A stretch of DNA of 24,000 nucleotides from assembly GCF_050563535.1 (NCBI RefSeq), contig NZ_JBNXUO010000010.1, positions 74,226 to 98,225 on the forward strand, in the 5' to 3' direction. Each line of letters starts with the position of its first letter. Position 1 is the first letter of the stretch. The position numbers were made by a program, and so were the translations under genes. The notes beneath the pieces are model-generated. The model saw only the letters and a list, made by a program, of their open reading frames with translations. It made no database searches and was not told the origin of the DNA. This stretch comes from Falsiroseomonas sp. CW058. GTDB lineage: Bacteria > Pseudomonadota > Alphaproteobacteria > Acetobacterales > Acetobacteraceae. Shown here in pieces: positions 1 to 7,856 of this stretch.

Positions 1-642
1 TACACCGACGCCGACGCCCCGCTGATCGACGCCCTCTGGTCCACCGTCGCCGCCCATGGCTGGCGCGGGGTGACGCCGGGGCGGCTCGCCGCCGCCTCCG
101 GCCTGCCCGCGCGGGAGATCGTGGAGCGGTTCCCGAACCGGCTCGACCTGCTCCGCCTGCACGCCGAGGCGGTGGAGCAGGCGGTGGCGGCGGGCACCGT
201 TCCCAACCAGGGCGGCACGCCGCGCGACCGGCTGTTCGACGTGCTGATGCGCGGCGTCGATGCCCTGCAGCCGCACCGCGCGGGGATGCTGCGCGTCATG
301 CGGGAGATGCGGGGCGACCCCGTGCTGGCGCTCGCCTATGCCCCGGTGCTGCGCTGGAGCATGGCGCGCATGCTGGACGCGGCGGAGCTGGACAGCGCCG
401 GCGCGGCCGGGGCGGCGCGGGCCACCGGGCTGATCGGCGTGTGGCTGGCGACGCTGCGCGCCTGGGAAGGGGATGAGGGCCAGGATCTCGGCCCCACCAT
501 GGCGGCGCTGGACCGCGCGCTGGACCGGGCGGAACAGCTGGCCCGCAGCCTTGGCATCCGGCCGGGGGACCTGGCCCTGCCGGCCGACGATGCCCTGCCG
601 CCCGAAGCCCCCCCGGCCGCGCCGCCGCCCCCGATGCCGTGA
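1..642 (+). CDS. TetR-family transcriptional regulator (5' end outside window)
   Basis: Frame 1 is open from base 1, with no stop before the GTG at 70 listed in the track. Translation from base 1 gives ...IDALWSTVAAHGWRGVTPGRLAAASGLPAREIVERFPNRLDLL, a TetR-type N-terminal HTH pattern. This is followed by an all-helical-looking body and a Pro/Ala tail. Stop at 640-642. Confidence 0.7.
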   Translation, partial: YTDADAPLIDALWSTVAAHGWRGVTPGRLAAASGLPAREIVERFPNRLDLLRLHAEAVEQAVAAGTVPNQGGTPRDRLFDVLMRGVDALQPHRAGMLRVMREMRGDPVLALAYAPVLRWSMARMLDAAELDSAGAAGAARATGLIGVWLATLRAWEGDEGQDLGPTMAALDRALDRAEQLARSLGIRPGDLALPADDALPPEAPPAAPPPPMP

Positions 643-712
643 TCGACCTCCGCGCTTCTGCCCCGGAGGGACGCGGGCTAGCATGGGCGGACAGGCAGGG
701 GAGAGCTGCGCG

Positions 713-1141
713 ATGTCCGACCGCTTCGGCATGAAGCCCGACGATATGATGAAGATGCTGGCGGAGTTCCGCCTGCCCGCCATGCCCGACCTCGAAGGGC
801 TGGCCCAGGCGCAGCGCCGCAACCTCGAGGCGCTGTCCGCCGCGAACCGCATCGCGCTCGAAGGCGCGCAGGCGGTGGCGCGGCGCCACATGGAGATCGT
901 CCAGTCCGCCATGGGCGAGATGACGGAGGCGATCCGCACCATGACCGGCGCCGAGAGCCCGCAGGAACGCGCGACCCGCCAGGCGGAACTGCTGAAGGCG
1001 GGCTACGAGCGCGCCGTGGCGAACATGAAGGAGGTCGCCGACCTCATCCAGAAGTCGAACGCCGAGGCGCTCGGCTTGCTGAACAAGCGCTTCGCCGAGG
1101 CGATGGACGAGGTGAAGTCCATGGCGGGCAAGGGCGGCTGA
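713..1141 (+). CDS. Phasin family protein (PHA granule-associated)
   Basis: Internal ATG at 713 of track ORF 473..1141, preceded by GGGGAGAG about 8-14 nt upstream. The product MSDRFGMKPDDMMKMLAEFRLPAMPDLEGLAQAQRRNLEALSAANRIALEGAQAVARRH...LLNKRFAEAMDEVK matches the alphaproteobacterial phasin pattern (F..P..D.E.....QR.N.EAL..AN....EG.QAV..R). The upstream part of the track ORF is Arg/Pro-rich junk. Confidence 0.9.
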   Translation: MSDRFGMKPDDMMKMLAEFRLPAMPDLEGLAQAQRRNLEALSAANRIALEGAQAVARRHMEIVQSAMGEMTEAIRTMTGAESPQERATRQAELLKAGYERAVANMKEVADLIQKSNAEALGLLNKRFAEAMDEVKSMAGKGG

Positions 1142-1335
1142 GCCGCCGCCCGCCCCGCGCCGGTCGCACCGCCCTGCGTGGATGGTGATCCGATGGCGGC
1201 GGGCGAAGCCCCCCGAGCCGCCGGATGGCGGCCGGCGCAGCCGGCCGAGCGCCCGAATGGGTGCCGCCGCAAATGCGGCGAGCCAAGCCGGCGCATGCCG
1301 GCGCCCGGCGGTCGAGGGCATGGAAAAGCAGACGA

Positions 1336-1356
1336 CCGGTCATCGAAGATGACCGG
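1336..1356 (-). terminator. Hairpin just downstream of the histidine-kinase stop (candidate intrinsic terminator)
   Basis: Perfect 9-bp stem CCGGTCATC / GATGACCGG with a 3-nt loop, starting 6 nt after the TGA at 1362-1364 on the minus strand. The minus-strand downstream sequence is TCGTCTGCTTTTCC, so the T-run is short and offset from the stem. Confidence 0.35.
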
Positions 1357-1361
1357 CCGCA

Positions 1362-2729
1362 TCACACCGGCAGCCTGACACGCGCGCGCAGGCCGCCGAG
1401 GGGGCTGTCCTCCAGCACGATGTCGCCGCCATGCGCGCGCGCGATGTCCCGCGCGATGGCGAGGCCGAGCCCCGTGCCGCCGGCCGACAGGGTGGCGAAG
1501 GGGCGGAACGCCTCCTCCCGCTGGGCGGCGGGGATGCCGGGGCCGTCGTCGTCCACCGTCACCTGCGCCCAGCCGCGGGGCGCGCCGCGGCCGGACAGGC
1601 CCGCCTCGCCGCGCGGCACCTCCGCCACCGCGACCGCGATGCGCCGCGCATGCTTGCGCGCATTGTCGAGCAGGTTGGCCAGGCAGCGCCGCAGCGCATC
1701 GGCCCGCAGCGGCAGCACCAGCGCCGCCGGCGCCTCCACCGCCACCTCCGCCCCGTCGCGCCGCGTCTTCTGCGCGACCTCCCGCACCAGCGCGGCCAGG
1801 TCGGCCGGGCGGGTCTGTTCCTGTCCCTCGCCGCGGGCGAAGGCGAGATAGGCGGCGACCATCCGCTCCATCTCCTCCACATCCTCGACCAGGGCGGCGA
1901 TGTCGGGTTCCTCCTCCTCGGTCCGCGGCAGCACGGCGAGGGCGAGGCGCATGCGGGTGAGGGGGGTGCGCAGGTCGTGGCTGATGCCGGCCAGCATCTC
2001 CGTCCGCTGGCCCACGAAGCGGCGGATGCGTTCCTGCATGCGGTTGAAGGCCGTCGCCGCCTGCCGCACCTCGGCCGCGCCTTCCGGCTTGATCGGGCCG
2101 ATGTCGCGGCCGAGGCCGAAGGCCTCCGCCGCGCCGGCCAGACGCCGGATCGCGCGCACCTGGTTCTTCATGAACAGCGCCGCCACCGCGAAAAGCAGCA
2201 GCGTGGAGCCCACCAGCCAGATGACGAACAGGTAGAGCGTCCCGGTGAACAGCCGCTTGCGCGGGGCCTCGGCATGCAGCACGCCGCCCGGCAGCTGGAC
2301 GCGGATGATGACGCTGCGCGGGTCGCTCACCCAGTCCGCGTCGAAGGGGCGGCGGACGCGTTCCGTCATCGCGTTGGCCAGGTCCTCCTCCAGCGGCAGG
2401 AGCGGCAGGCTCGCGCTGCGTTCCGGCGTGGGGCCGAGCGTCGCCCCCTCCTCGAAGGCCAGCGTCATGTCGAGCCGCCAGGCGGTCTCGCGGAACAGCC
2501 AGGCGCGGGTCTCGGGCGAGGGGTCGCGCGACAGGACCTCGATCACGAAGCCAAGCTCCCCCGCCACGCCCCCCGCCAGCCGGCGGGAGATGACGTCGAG
2601 GTGCCCGCCGTAGAACAGCTGCAGCGCCACCCCCTGGAGGATCAGCAGCGGCAGCAGGATGATCAGCAGCGCCCGGCCCAGCAGGCCGCGCGGGACCATC
2701 GCGCGGAAGCTCCGCTCCAGCGGGCTCAT
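1362..2729 (-). CDS. Sensor histidine kinase, EnvZ-like (2 TM + HAMP + HisKA + HATPase_c)
   Basis: ATG at 2729. H-box ISHDLRTPLTRMRL, N-box LLDNARKHA, G-boxes DDDGPGIP and GGTGLGLAIARDIARAHGG. There is an N-terminal TM (LLIILLPLLILQGVALQLF) and a second TM (LYLFVIWLVGSTLLLFAVAALF) before a HAMP-like segment. It lies 13 nt downstream of the response-regulator gene. Confidence 0.93.
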   Translation of the reverse strand: MSPLERSFRAMVPRGLLGRALLIILLPLLILQGVALQLFYGGHLDVISRRLAGGVAGELGFVIEVLSRDPSPETRAWLFRETAWRLDMTLAFEEGATLGPTPERSASLPLLPLEEDLANAMTERVRRPFDADWVSDPRSVIIRVQLPGGVLHAEAPRKRLFTGTLYLFVIWLVGSTLLLFAVAALFMKNQVRAIRRLAGAAEAFGLGRDIGPIKPEGAAEVRQAATAFNRMQERIRRFVGQRTEMLAGISHDLRTPLTRMRLALAVLPRTEEEEPDIAALVEDVEEMERMVAAYLAFARGEGQEQTRPADLAALVREVAQKTRRDGAEVAVEAPAALVLPLRADALRRCLANLLDNARKHARRIAVAVAEVPRGEAGLSGRGAPRGWAQVTVDDDGPGIPAAQREEAFRPFATLSAGGTGLGLAIARDIARAHGGDIVLEDSPLGGLRARVRLPV

Positions 2730-2742
2730 CCGCCGCGCCCCG

Positions 2743-3447
2743 TCATATCCCCGGCCTCAGCACGTAGCCGCGGTGGCGCACGGTCTGCACGAAGCGCGGC
2801 TCGCGCGGGTCGGGCTCGATCTTGCGGCGCAGCCGCGTCACCTGCACGTCGATCGCGCGTTCCCCGGCCTCGGGCGTGCCGAGGGCGGCGGCGATCTCCT
2901 CCCGGCTCAGGATCTCGTTGGGGCGGGTGGACAGCGCCATCAGCAGCGCCGTCTCGCCGCCCGTCAGGCGGATGACGCCCTCCGGCCCGCGCAGCTCCGC
3001 GCGCTGCGTGTCGAACCAGCGGCTGCCGAGCTGCACGGGCGCGTGCGGCGGCTCGGCCAGGGGCGGGGGCGCGGCGCGGCGCAGGATGGTGCGGATGCGC
3101 AGCGCCAGCTCCCGCGGGTCGAACGGCTTGCCGAGATAGTCGTCGACGCCGATCTCGAACCCCGCCACGCGTTCATCCGGCGCGCCGCGCGCGGTCAGCA
3201 TCAGGATCGGCACCTCCTGCCCCTCCCGCCGCAGGCTCTCCGTCAGCTCGAGCCCGCTCTCCCCCGGCATCATCACGTCGAGCACGACGAGGTCGAAGGC
3301 GACGGAGGCGAGGGCGTGGCGGGCGGCCGCGGCATCGGCCGCGGCTGTCACGCGGAAGCCCTGCTCGGCCAGGAAGCGCTGCAGCAGGGCGCGCAGCCGC
3401 GCGTCGTCGTCCACCACCAGGACATGCGGCGCGTCCGCCCCGCTCAT
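2743..3447 (-). CDS. OmpR-family DNA-binding response regulator
   Basis: Receiver domain HVLVVDDDARLR...LVVLDVMMPGESG...PILMLTA. C-terminal winged helix LTGGETALLMALSTRPNEILSREEI...VDVQVTRLRRKIE...VQTVRHRGYVL. Its ATG (3445-3447) overlaps the TGA of the upstream MarR gene (ATGA). Confidence 0.95.
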   Translation of the reverse strand: MSGADAPHVLVVDDDARLRALLQRFLAEQGFRVTAAADAAAARHALASVAFDLVVLDVMMPGESGLELTESLRREGQEVPILMLTARGAPDERVAGFEIGVDDYLGKPFDPRELALRIRTILRRAAPPPLAEPPHAPVQLGSRWFDTQRAELRGPEGVIRLTGGETALLMALSTRPNEILSREEIAAALGTPEAGERAIDVQVTRLRRKIEPDPREPRFVQTVRHRGYVLRPGI

Positions 3448-4016
3448 CGCGGTTCGTCCCCGCCGCCCGGGATGCCCTCCAGCCGGTCGAGCGCGGCGCG
3501 CGCCTCGGCGCCCATGAGGCCGCGCATGACGCGGCGGAAGCCCTCCACCGCCTGCGGCCCGGCCTCCCGGTAGGCGCGGATCACCGTCTCCCGCTGGCGG
3601 TCGAACAGCTGGCGCTCCAGCGCGGCGCCCTTGGCGGTCAGCGACAGCAGACGCTGCCGGCGGTCCTGCCGCCCGGGAGCCTGGGTGACGTGGCCCTGCT
3701 CCACCAGCGGCGTCAGCACGCGGCCGAGCGACTGCTTGGTGATGCCGAGGATGCCCAGCAGTTCCCCCACCGTGATCCCCGGGCGGCGGCCGACGAAATG
3801 CAGCACGCGGTGATGCGCGCGGCCCATGTCCATCTCGGCCAGCATCGCATCCGGCCCGGCGGTGAAGTCGCGATAGCCGAAGAACAGCAGGTCCTGCGCC
3901 AGGCGCAGCTCCTCCTCCCGCAGGAAGAGCAGGTTGCGCCCGGCGGCGGGGGAGGGCGGCGCGCCCTGTCCCGGTGCCTGCGCCGCCAGGCCGGGATTGC
4001 GTTCGCGCTCGTTCAT
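3444..4016 (-). CDS. MarR-family transcriptional regulator
   Basis: I chose the internal ATG at 4016 (MNERERNPG...) of track ORF 3444..4160. Winged-helix MarR core LHFVGRRPGITVGELLGILGITKQSLGRVLTPLVEQGHVTQAPGRQDRRQRLLSLTAKGAALERQL. The stop overlaps the response-regulator start. The exact start is uncertain. Confidence 0.85.
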   Translation of the reverse strand: MNERERNPGLAAQAPGQGAPPSPAAGRNLLFLREEELRLAQDLLFFGYRDFTAGPDAMLAEMDMGRAHHRVLHFVGRRPGITVGELLGILGITKQSLGRVLTPLVEQGHVTQAPGRQDRRQRLLSLTAKGAALERQLFDRQRETVIRAYREAGPQAVEGFRRVMRGLMGAEARAALDRLEGIPGGGDEPR

Positions 4017-4135
4017 CGATGGGGCAGCATTGTTGGCCAGTTCCTTCCCCGACACAAAACCGGGCCGATCGCGTGGCGTCCCGCCCGAGGATATAGGACA
4101 GTGTCGAGACGATGCGTAGCGAGGAGGGTGGCGGC

Positions 4136-4714
4136 GTGGCGCTTCGGCTCCGATCGGCACGGGTGACGGATATCGGCGCCGTGACGGCGCTGCATGTCGC
4201 CTCCTGGCGGGACGCCTATCGCGGCGTGCTCGACCCCGGCTTCCTCGCCGGCCCGGTGGAAGGGGTGCTCGGCGCCCACTGGCAGGGGGTTCTGTCGGCG
4301 CGGCGCCGGCCGGGGCTGGTCATCCTGGCCACCGCCGGGCGCGAGGTGGCAGGCTTCGTCGCCGCGCTGCGCGAGGGCGGGCGGTGCCATGTGGAGAACC
4401 TGCATGTCCGCCCCGGGATGCGCAACGCGGGCATCGGCCGCGCCCTGCTGGGCTTCGCGGCGGCCCGGATGGCGGACCAGGGGGCGGTGGAGGCGGATCT
4501 CTGGGTCTTCGCGCAGAATGCCGGGGCGCTGCGCTTCTACGCCGCGCTCGGCGCCGAGCTGGGGCCGGAGACGCCGCGGGACAGCTTCGGCCAGATGGTG
4601 GCGGAACGGCAGGCGCGGTGGCCCGCGATCGGCATGCTGGTCGCCGCCTGCGCCGCCCCGCCGCCGCGACCGCGATCCGTGCCGGCCGACGCCTCCGCCG
4701 CGCCGCCCGGCTGA
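4136..4714 (+). CDS. GNAT-family N-acetyltransferase
   Basis: Product ...LRLRSARVTDIGAVTALHVASWRDAYRGVL...VENLHVRPGMRNAGIGRALLGFAAARMADQGAVEADLWVFAQNAGALRFYAALG. This carries the acetyl-CoA motif R/Q-x-x-G-x-G/A (RNAGIGRAL). GTG at 4136 is preceded by GAGGAGG (4121-4127). The alternative ATG at 4112 is in the same frame. The gene is divergent from the MarR gene. Confidence 0.8.
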   Translation: MALRLRSARVTDIGAVTALHVASWRDAYRGVLDPGFLAGPVEGVLGAHWQGVLSARRRPGLVILATAGREVAGFVAALREGGRCHVENLHVRPGMRNAGIGRALLGFAAARMADQGAVEADLWVFAQNAGALRFYAALGAELGPETPRDSFGQMVAERQARWPAIGMLVAACAAPPPRPRSVPADASAAPPG

Positions 4715-6036
4715 CCCGGCCGTCCGCGGCAGTCCGGCAGCAGGACGAGGGCCACGGCCAGCGGCAGCAGCCAGGCGATCCGCGCCTGGTAGCGGTGATG
4801 CGGCTTGGACAGCGCCCCCGCCACCGCCGCATTGCCCAGCAGCGCCGCCAGCGCGAACACCAGCAGCGCCGCCCGCCGCGCATCGCGCGCCCGCGCCGCC
4901 CGCCACAGCAGCGCGAACGCGGCCAGGACCGACGCCGCCAGCACCGGCAGGTGCGGCAGCAGGAAGGGCGCGGCGCGGTCCGGCAGGACGCCCCGCATCT
5001 GCGCCCCCGCATCGAAGGCGGCCAGTTCGCGGGCCGGGAAATGCGCCGCGACCGGCCGCCGCGCGGAGGCGGCCAGATGCGTGTCCGCCAGCGTGTCGCC
5101 CACGCGGGTGAGAAGCAGCTGCGCCACCGCGTTGGACAGCGCGGCCTGCGCCACCTCCAGCGGATGCGCCCGCAGCGTCGCGGCCACGATGGCCGCGGCT
5201 TCCTCCGCGCCGCGCATCCCGCCCATCGGGCGGGGGGAGCCATCGGCTTCCCGGTTCAGCGGGCTCCCGCCGTCCCAGAGGAACTCGTCGCTGTCCATCG
5301 GCAGCGACCCGGTGAAGGCGCAGAGATGCCAGCCCGCCTCCGGGCAGCGCGCGCGCAGCAGCACGGCCGCCGGGCCGTCTGCCTGCAGGCGCGCCAGCAG
5401 GAAGGTCGCGCCATGCGGCGACAGCACCGCGCGGCTGAAGCCCGCCAGGTTGCTGCCCAACAGGAACAGCACCGCCAGCAGCACCGGCAGGGCCGCGCGC
5501 AGCACCGGCCCCGGGCGCCGCGCCAGCAGCGCCGCCAGCACCACCAGCCCCAGCGCCACTGGCAGGTGCGACAGATGCGCCGCCACCGCCAGCGCGCCCA
5601 GCGCGGTGACCCAGGCGGCCTCGGCCCGCGACAGCCGCCCGAAGGCCAGCAGGAACAGGCAGAGCGGCGCCATCGCCGTCAGCGCATCCGGCATCAGCGT
5701 GGACAGGAACCAGGGCGCCGAGGTCAGCGCCGCAAGCCCGGCGCAGAGCCCGAGATGCCAGGCGGCCGAGGCGCCGCCCCGCAGCGCCCGCTGCGCCAGC
5801 CAGACCAGGTGCGACGCCGCCAGCCCCTGCGCCGCCATCGGCGGCCAGAGCGACAGGCGCCAGTGGAACAGGTGCAGGGCGGGGCCGTAGGCCTGCGTCT
5901 TGTCCCAGGGCGGCTCGCCGGTCGTGGTGTGCAGCAGGTAGGAGACGGTATCGATGAAGACGAGCGGATAGCCGTTCAGCGCCGCCGGCCAGACCAGCAG
6001 CGCCGCCCCTGCGAGGATGGCGGCCGCCGCCCTCAT
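4537..6036 (-). CDS. Uncharacterised polytopic membrane protein, paralog A (tandem duplicate of 6033..7376)
   Basis: ATG at 6034-6036 overlaps the TGA of paralog B (ATGA). From MRAAAAILAGAALLVWPAALNGYPLVFIDT... onward the product aligns along its length with paralog B. The first 424 codons of track ORF 4537..7308 are an off-frame read through paralog B. The C-terminal ~60 aa are non-homologous and overlap the GNAT 3' end. Confidence 0.75.
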   Translation of the reverse strand: MRAAAAILAGAALLVWPAALNGYPLVFIDTVSYLLHTTTGEPPWDKTQAYGPALHLFHWRLSLWPPMAAQGLAASHLVWLAQRALRGGASAAWHLGLCAGLAALTSAPWFLSTLMPDALTAMAPLCLFLLAFGRLSRAEAAWVTALGALAVAAHLSHLPVALGLVVLAALLARRPGPVLRAALPVLLAVLFLLGSNLAGFSRAVLSPHGATFLLARLQADGPAAVLLRARCPEAGWHLCAFTGSLPMDSDEFLWDGGSPLNREADGSPRPMGGMRGAEEAAAIVAATLRAHPLEVAQAALSNAVAQLLLTRVGDTLADTHLAASARRPVAAHFPARELAAFDAGAQMRGVLPDRAAPFLLPHLPVLAASVLAAFALLWRAARARDARRAALLVFALAALLGNAAVAGALSKPHHRYQARIAWLLPLAVALVLLPDCRGRPGQPGGAAEASAGTDRGRGGGAAQAATSMPIAGHRACRSATIWPKLSRGVSGPSSAPSAA

Positions 6037-7376
6037 CGCCGGCGCGGCGCGAGCGCGAGCGCGGCCACCACCGGCACCAGCCACAGGATCCGCGCCTCGT
6101 AGCGGAGATGCGGCTTGGACAGCGCGCCAGTGGCGAAGGCGTTGGCGGAGACGCCCACCAGAACGCCGAGCACGAGGCCGAGCCGCCGCGCCTCCCCCGC
6201 CCGCGCCGCCCGCCACCAGGCCAGCAGGGCCAGCGCGGCGCCGGCCAGCAGCACCGGCGCGTGCGGCCACAGGAAGGGCGCCACCGCCCCCGCCAGCTCG
6301 CCACGGGGCTGGAGCGCGGCGTCGTAGGCGGCGAGTTCGCGCGCGGGGAAACCCTCCGCGATGCGGGGCCTCACCGCCGCCGCCAGGTGGTCCGCCACCA
6401 GCGTGTCGCCCGCCGTCGCCATGCCGAGCTGCGAGAGGGTGTTGCGGAGCATCGCCGCCGCGACCTCCAGCGGGCGCACCCGCAGCGTCTCCCCCACGAT
6501 GGCGCCGGCCTCGGCCGAGAGCAGCGCGCCGCCGAGGAAGCGCGGCGTGCCGTCGGGCGCTCGGTTCACCGGGCTGTCCGGGGCCCAGAGGAAGGCGTCG
6601 CTGTCCATCGGCAGGCGGTCGGCGAAGGCGCAGAGATACCAGCCGGCAGCCGGGCAGCGGTCGCGGATCACCGCCGCGGCGGGCCCATCGGCCTGCAGCC
6701 GCGCCAGCGCGAAGGTCGCCCCGTGCGGCGACAGCGCCGCGCGCCCATGCCCCCACAGATTCGTCACGACCAGCAGCAGCACGGCCAGTGCGACGGGCAG
6801 CGCCGCCCGCAGCACCGGCCCCGGGCGCCGCGCCAGCAGTGCCGCCAGCGCCACCACCGCCGCGGCGAGCGGCAGGTGCGACAGGTGCGACGCGATGCCG
6901 ACGGTGCCAAGCGCCACCAGCCCCGCCGCCTCGGCGCGGGACAGCGCATCGCGCGCGAAGGCCAGCAGCAGCAGCGCCAGTAGCACCGCCGGGGCGAAGA
7001 CGTCGGGCATCAGCAGCGCCACCGTGAAGGGCGCCGTGGTCAGCGCCGCCGCGCCCGCGCAGGCCAGCAGGTGAAGCCCCGGCGCCGCCGCGCCGCGAAG
7101 CGCGCGCTGCACCAGCCACAGCAGCCAGGAGATCGCGAGCCCCTGCGCCAGCGCCGGGCCCCACAGCGTGATCCGCCCGTGGAAGGCATGCAGCAGCGGG
7201 CCGTAGACATGCGGCTTGTCCCAGATGACCAGCGGCCCGAGCGTCTGGTGCAGGAAGGCGCCCGTGTCGCTGAACAGCAGCGGGTAGCCGTTGAGGAAGG
7301 CGGGCCACAGCAGCAGCATGGCGCCGGCCGGGATGGCGAGCCAGCGGCCGGCCCGGGCCAAGGCGGCCCGCGGCAT
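6033..7376 (-). CDS. Uncharacterised polytopic membrane protein, paralog B
   Basis: ATG at 7374-7376 lies 2 nt after the moaE stop. About 9-10 hydrophobic segments, a ~190-aa loop with a conserved Cys pair (RCPAAGWYLCAF), and an end shortly after the last TM (...VVAALALAPRRR). High GC3 throughout. Confidence 0.8.
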   Translation of the reverse strand: MPRAALARAGRWLAIPAGAMLLLWPAFLNGYPLLFSDTGAFLHQTLGPLVIWDKPHVYGPLLHAFHGRITLWGPALAQGLAISWLLWLVQRALRGAAAPGLHLLACAGAAALTTAPFTVALLMPDVFAPAVLLALLLLAFARDALSRAEAAGLVALGTVGIASHLSHLPLAAAVVALAALLARRPGPVLRAALPVALAVLLLVVTNLWGHGRAALSPHGATFALARLQADGPAAAVIRDRCPAAGWYLCAFADRLPMDSDAFLWAPDSPVNRAPDGTPRFLGGALLSAEAGAIVGETLRVRPLEVAAAMLRNTLSQLGMATAGDTLVADHLAAAVRPRIAEGFPARELAAYDAALQPRGELAGAVAPFLWPHAPVLLAGAALALLAWWRAARAGEARRLGLVLGVLVGVSANAFATGALSKPHLRYEARILWLVPVVAALALAPRRR

Positions 7377-7378
7377 GG

Positions 7379-7855
7379 TTATGGCGTGGCCGCCGGCCGG
7401 TGCGCCCAGCGGGCGGCGGCCTCGTCGTCCTCGGCCTTCGCCTCGACCCAGCGTGTCCGCCCGTCGGCGAATTCCTCCTGCTTCCAGAAGGGGGCGCGGG
7501 TCTTCAGCCAGTCGATCAGGAAGGCGCAGCTTTCCAGCGCCGCCAGGCGGTGCGCGCTGGCGGTCAGCACCAGCACGATCGGGTCGCCGGGCACCAGCCG
7601 GCCATGGCGATGGATGACCGTGCAGCCGGTCAGCGGCCACCGGGCGCAGGCTTCCTCCGCGATGCGCCCGATCGCGCGGGCGGTCATGCCGGGGTAGTGC
7701 TCCAGCACCATGGCCGACAGCCCGTCATCGCCGCGGCAGATGCCGACGAAACTGGCCAGCCCGCCGACATCGGTGCGCCCGGCAGCGAGCAGCGCGGCCT
7801 CCGCGCCGAGGTCGAAGGGCGCTTCCTGCACGCGCACGGTCGGCGTCGCCGCCAT
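7379..7855 (-). CDS. moaE: Molybdopterin synthase catalytic subunit MoaE
   Basis: Product ...GGLASFVGICRGDDG...VLEHYPGMTARAIGRIAEEA..RWPL.GCTVIHRHGRLVPGDPIVLVLTASAHR..A.E.C.FLIDWLKTRAPFWKQE is the classic MoaE pattern. It starts 1 nt after the moaD stop. Confidence 0.93.
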   Translation of the reverse strand: MAATPTVRVQEAPFDLGAEAALLAAGRTDVGGLASFVGICRGDDGLSAMVLEHYPGMTARAIGRIAEEACARWPLTGCTVIHRHGRLVPGDPIVLVLTASAHRLAALESCAFLIDWLKTRAPFWKQEEFADGRTRWVEAKAEDDEAAARWAHRPAATP

Positions 7856-7856
7856 G

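Noticed and set aside
4013-6304. 763-aa minus-strand ORF. Also the overlapping 4384..6102 (+), 4194..5111 (+), 4320..5243 (-) and 4805..5890 (+) ORFs.
   Set aside because: These are off-frame or antisense reads through membrane paralog A and the GNAT gene. Their extreme Arg/Gly/Ala/Pro content contrasts with the coherent TM pattern and paralog homology of the chosen frame.
6037-7308. N-terminal 424 codons of track ORF 4537..7308 (923 aa), which would make paralog A a giant protein.
   Set aside because: This part overlaps paralog B in a different frame and is Arg/Gly/Ala junk. Homology to paralog B begins exactly at the ATG at 6036, which overlaps the stop of B.
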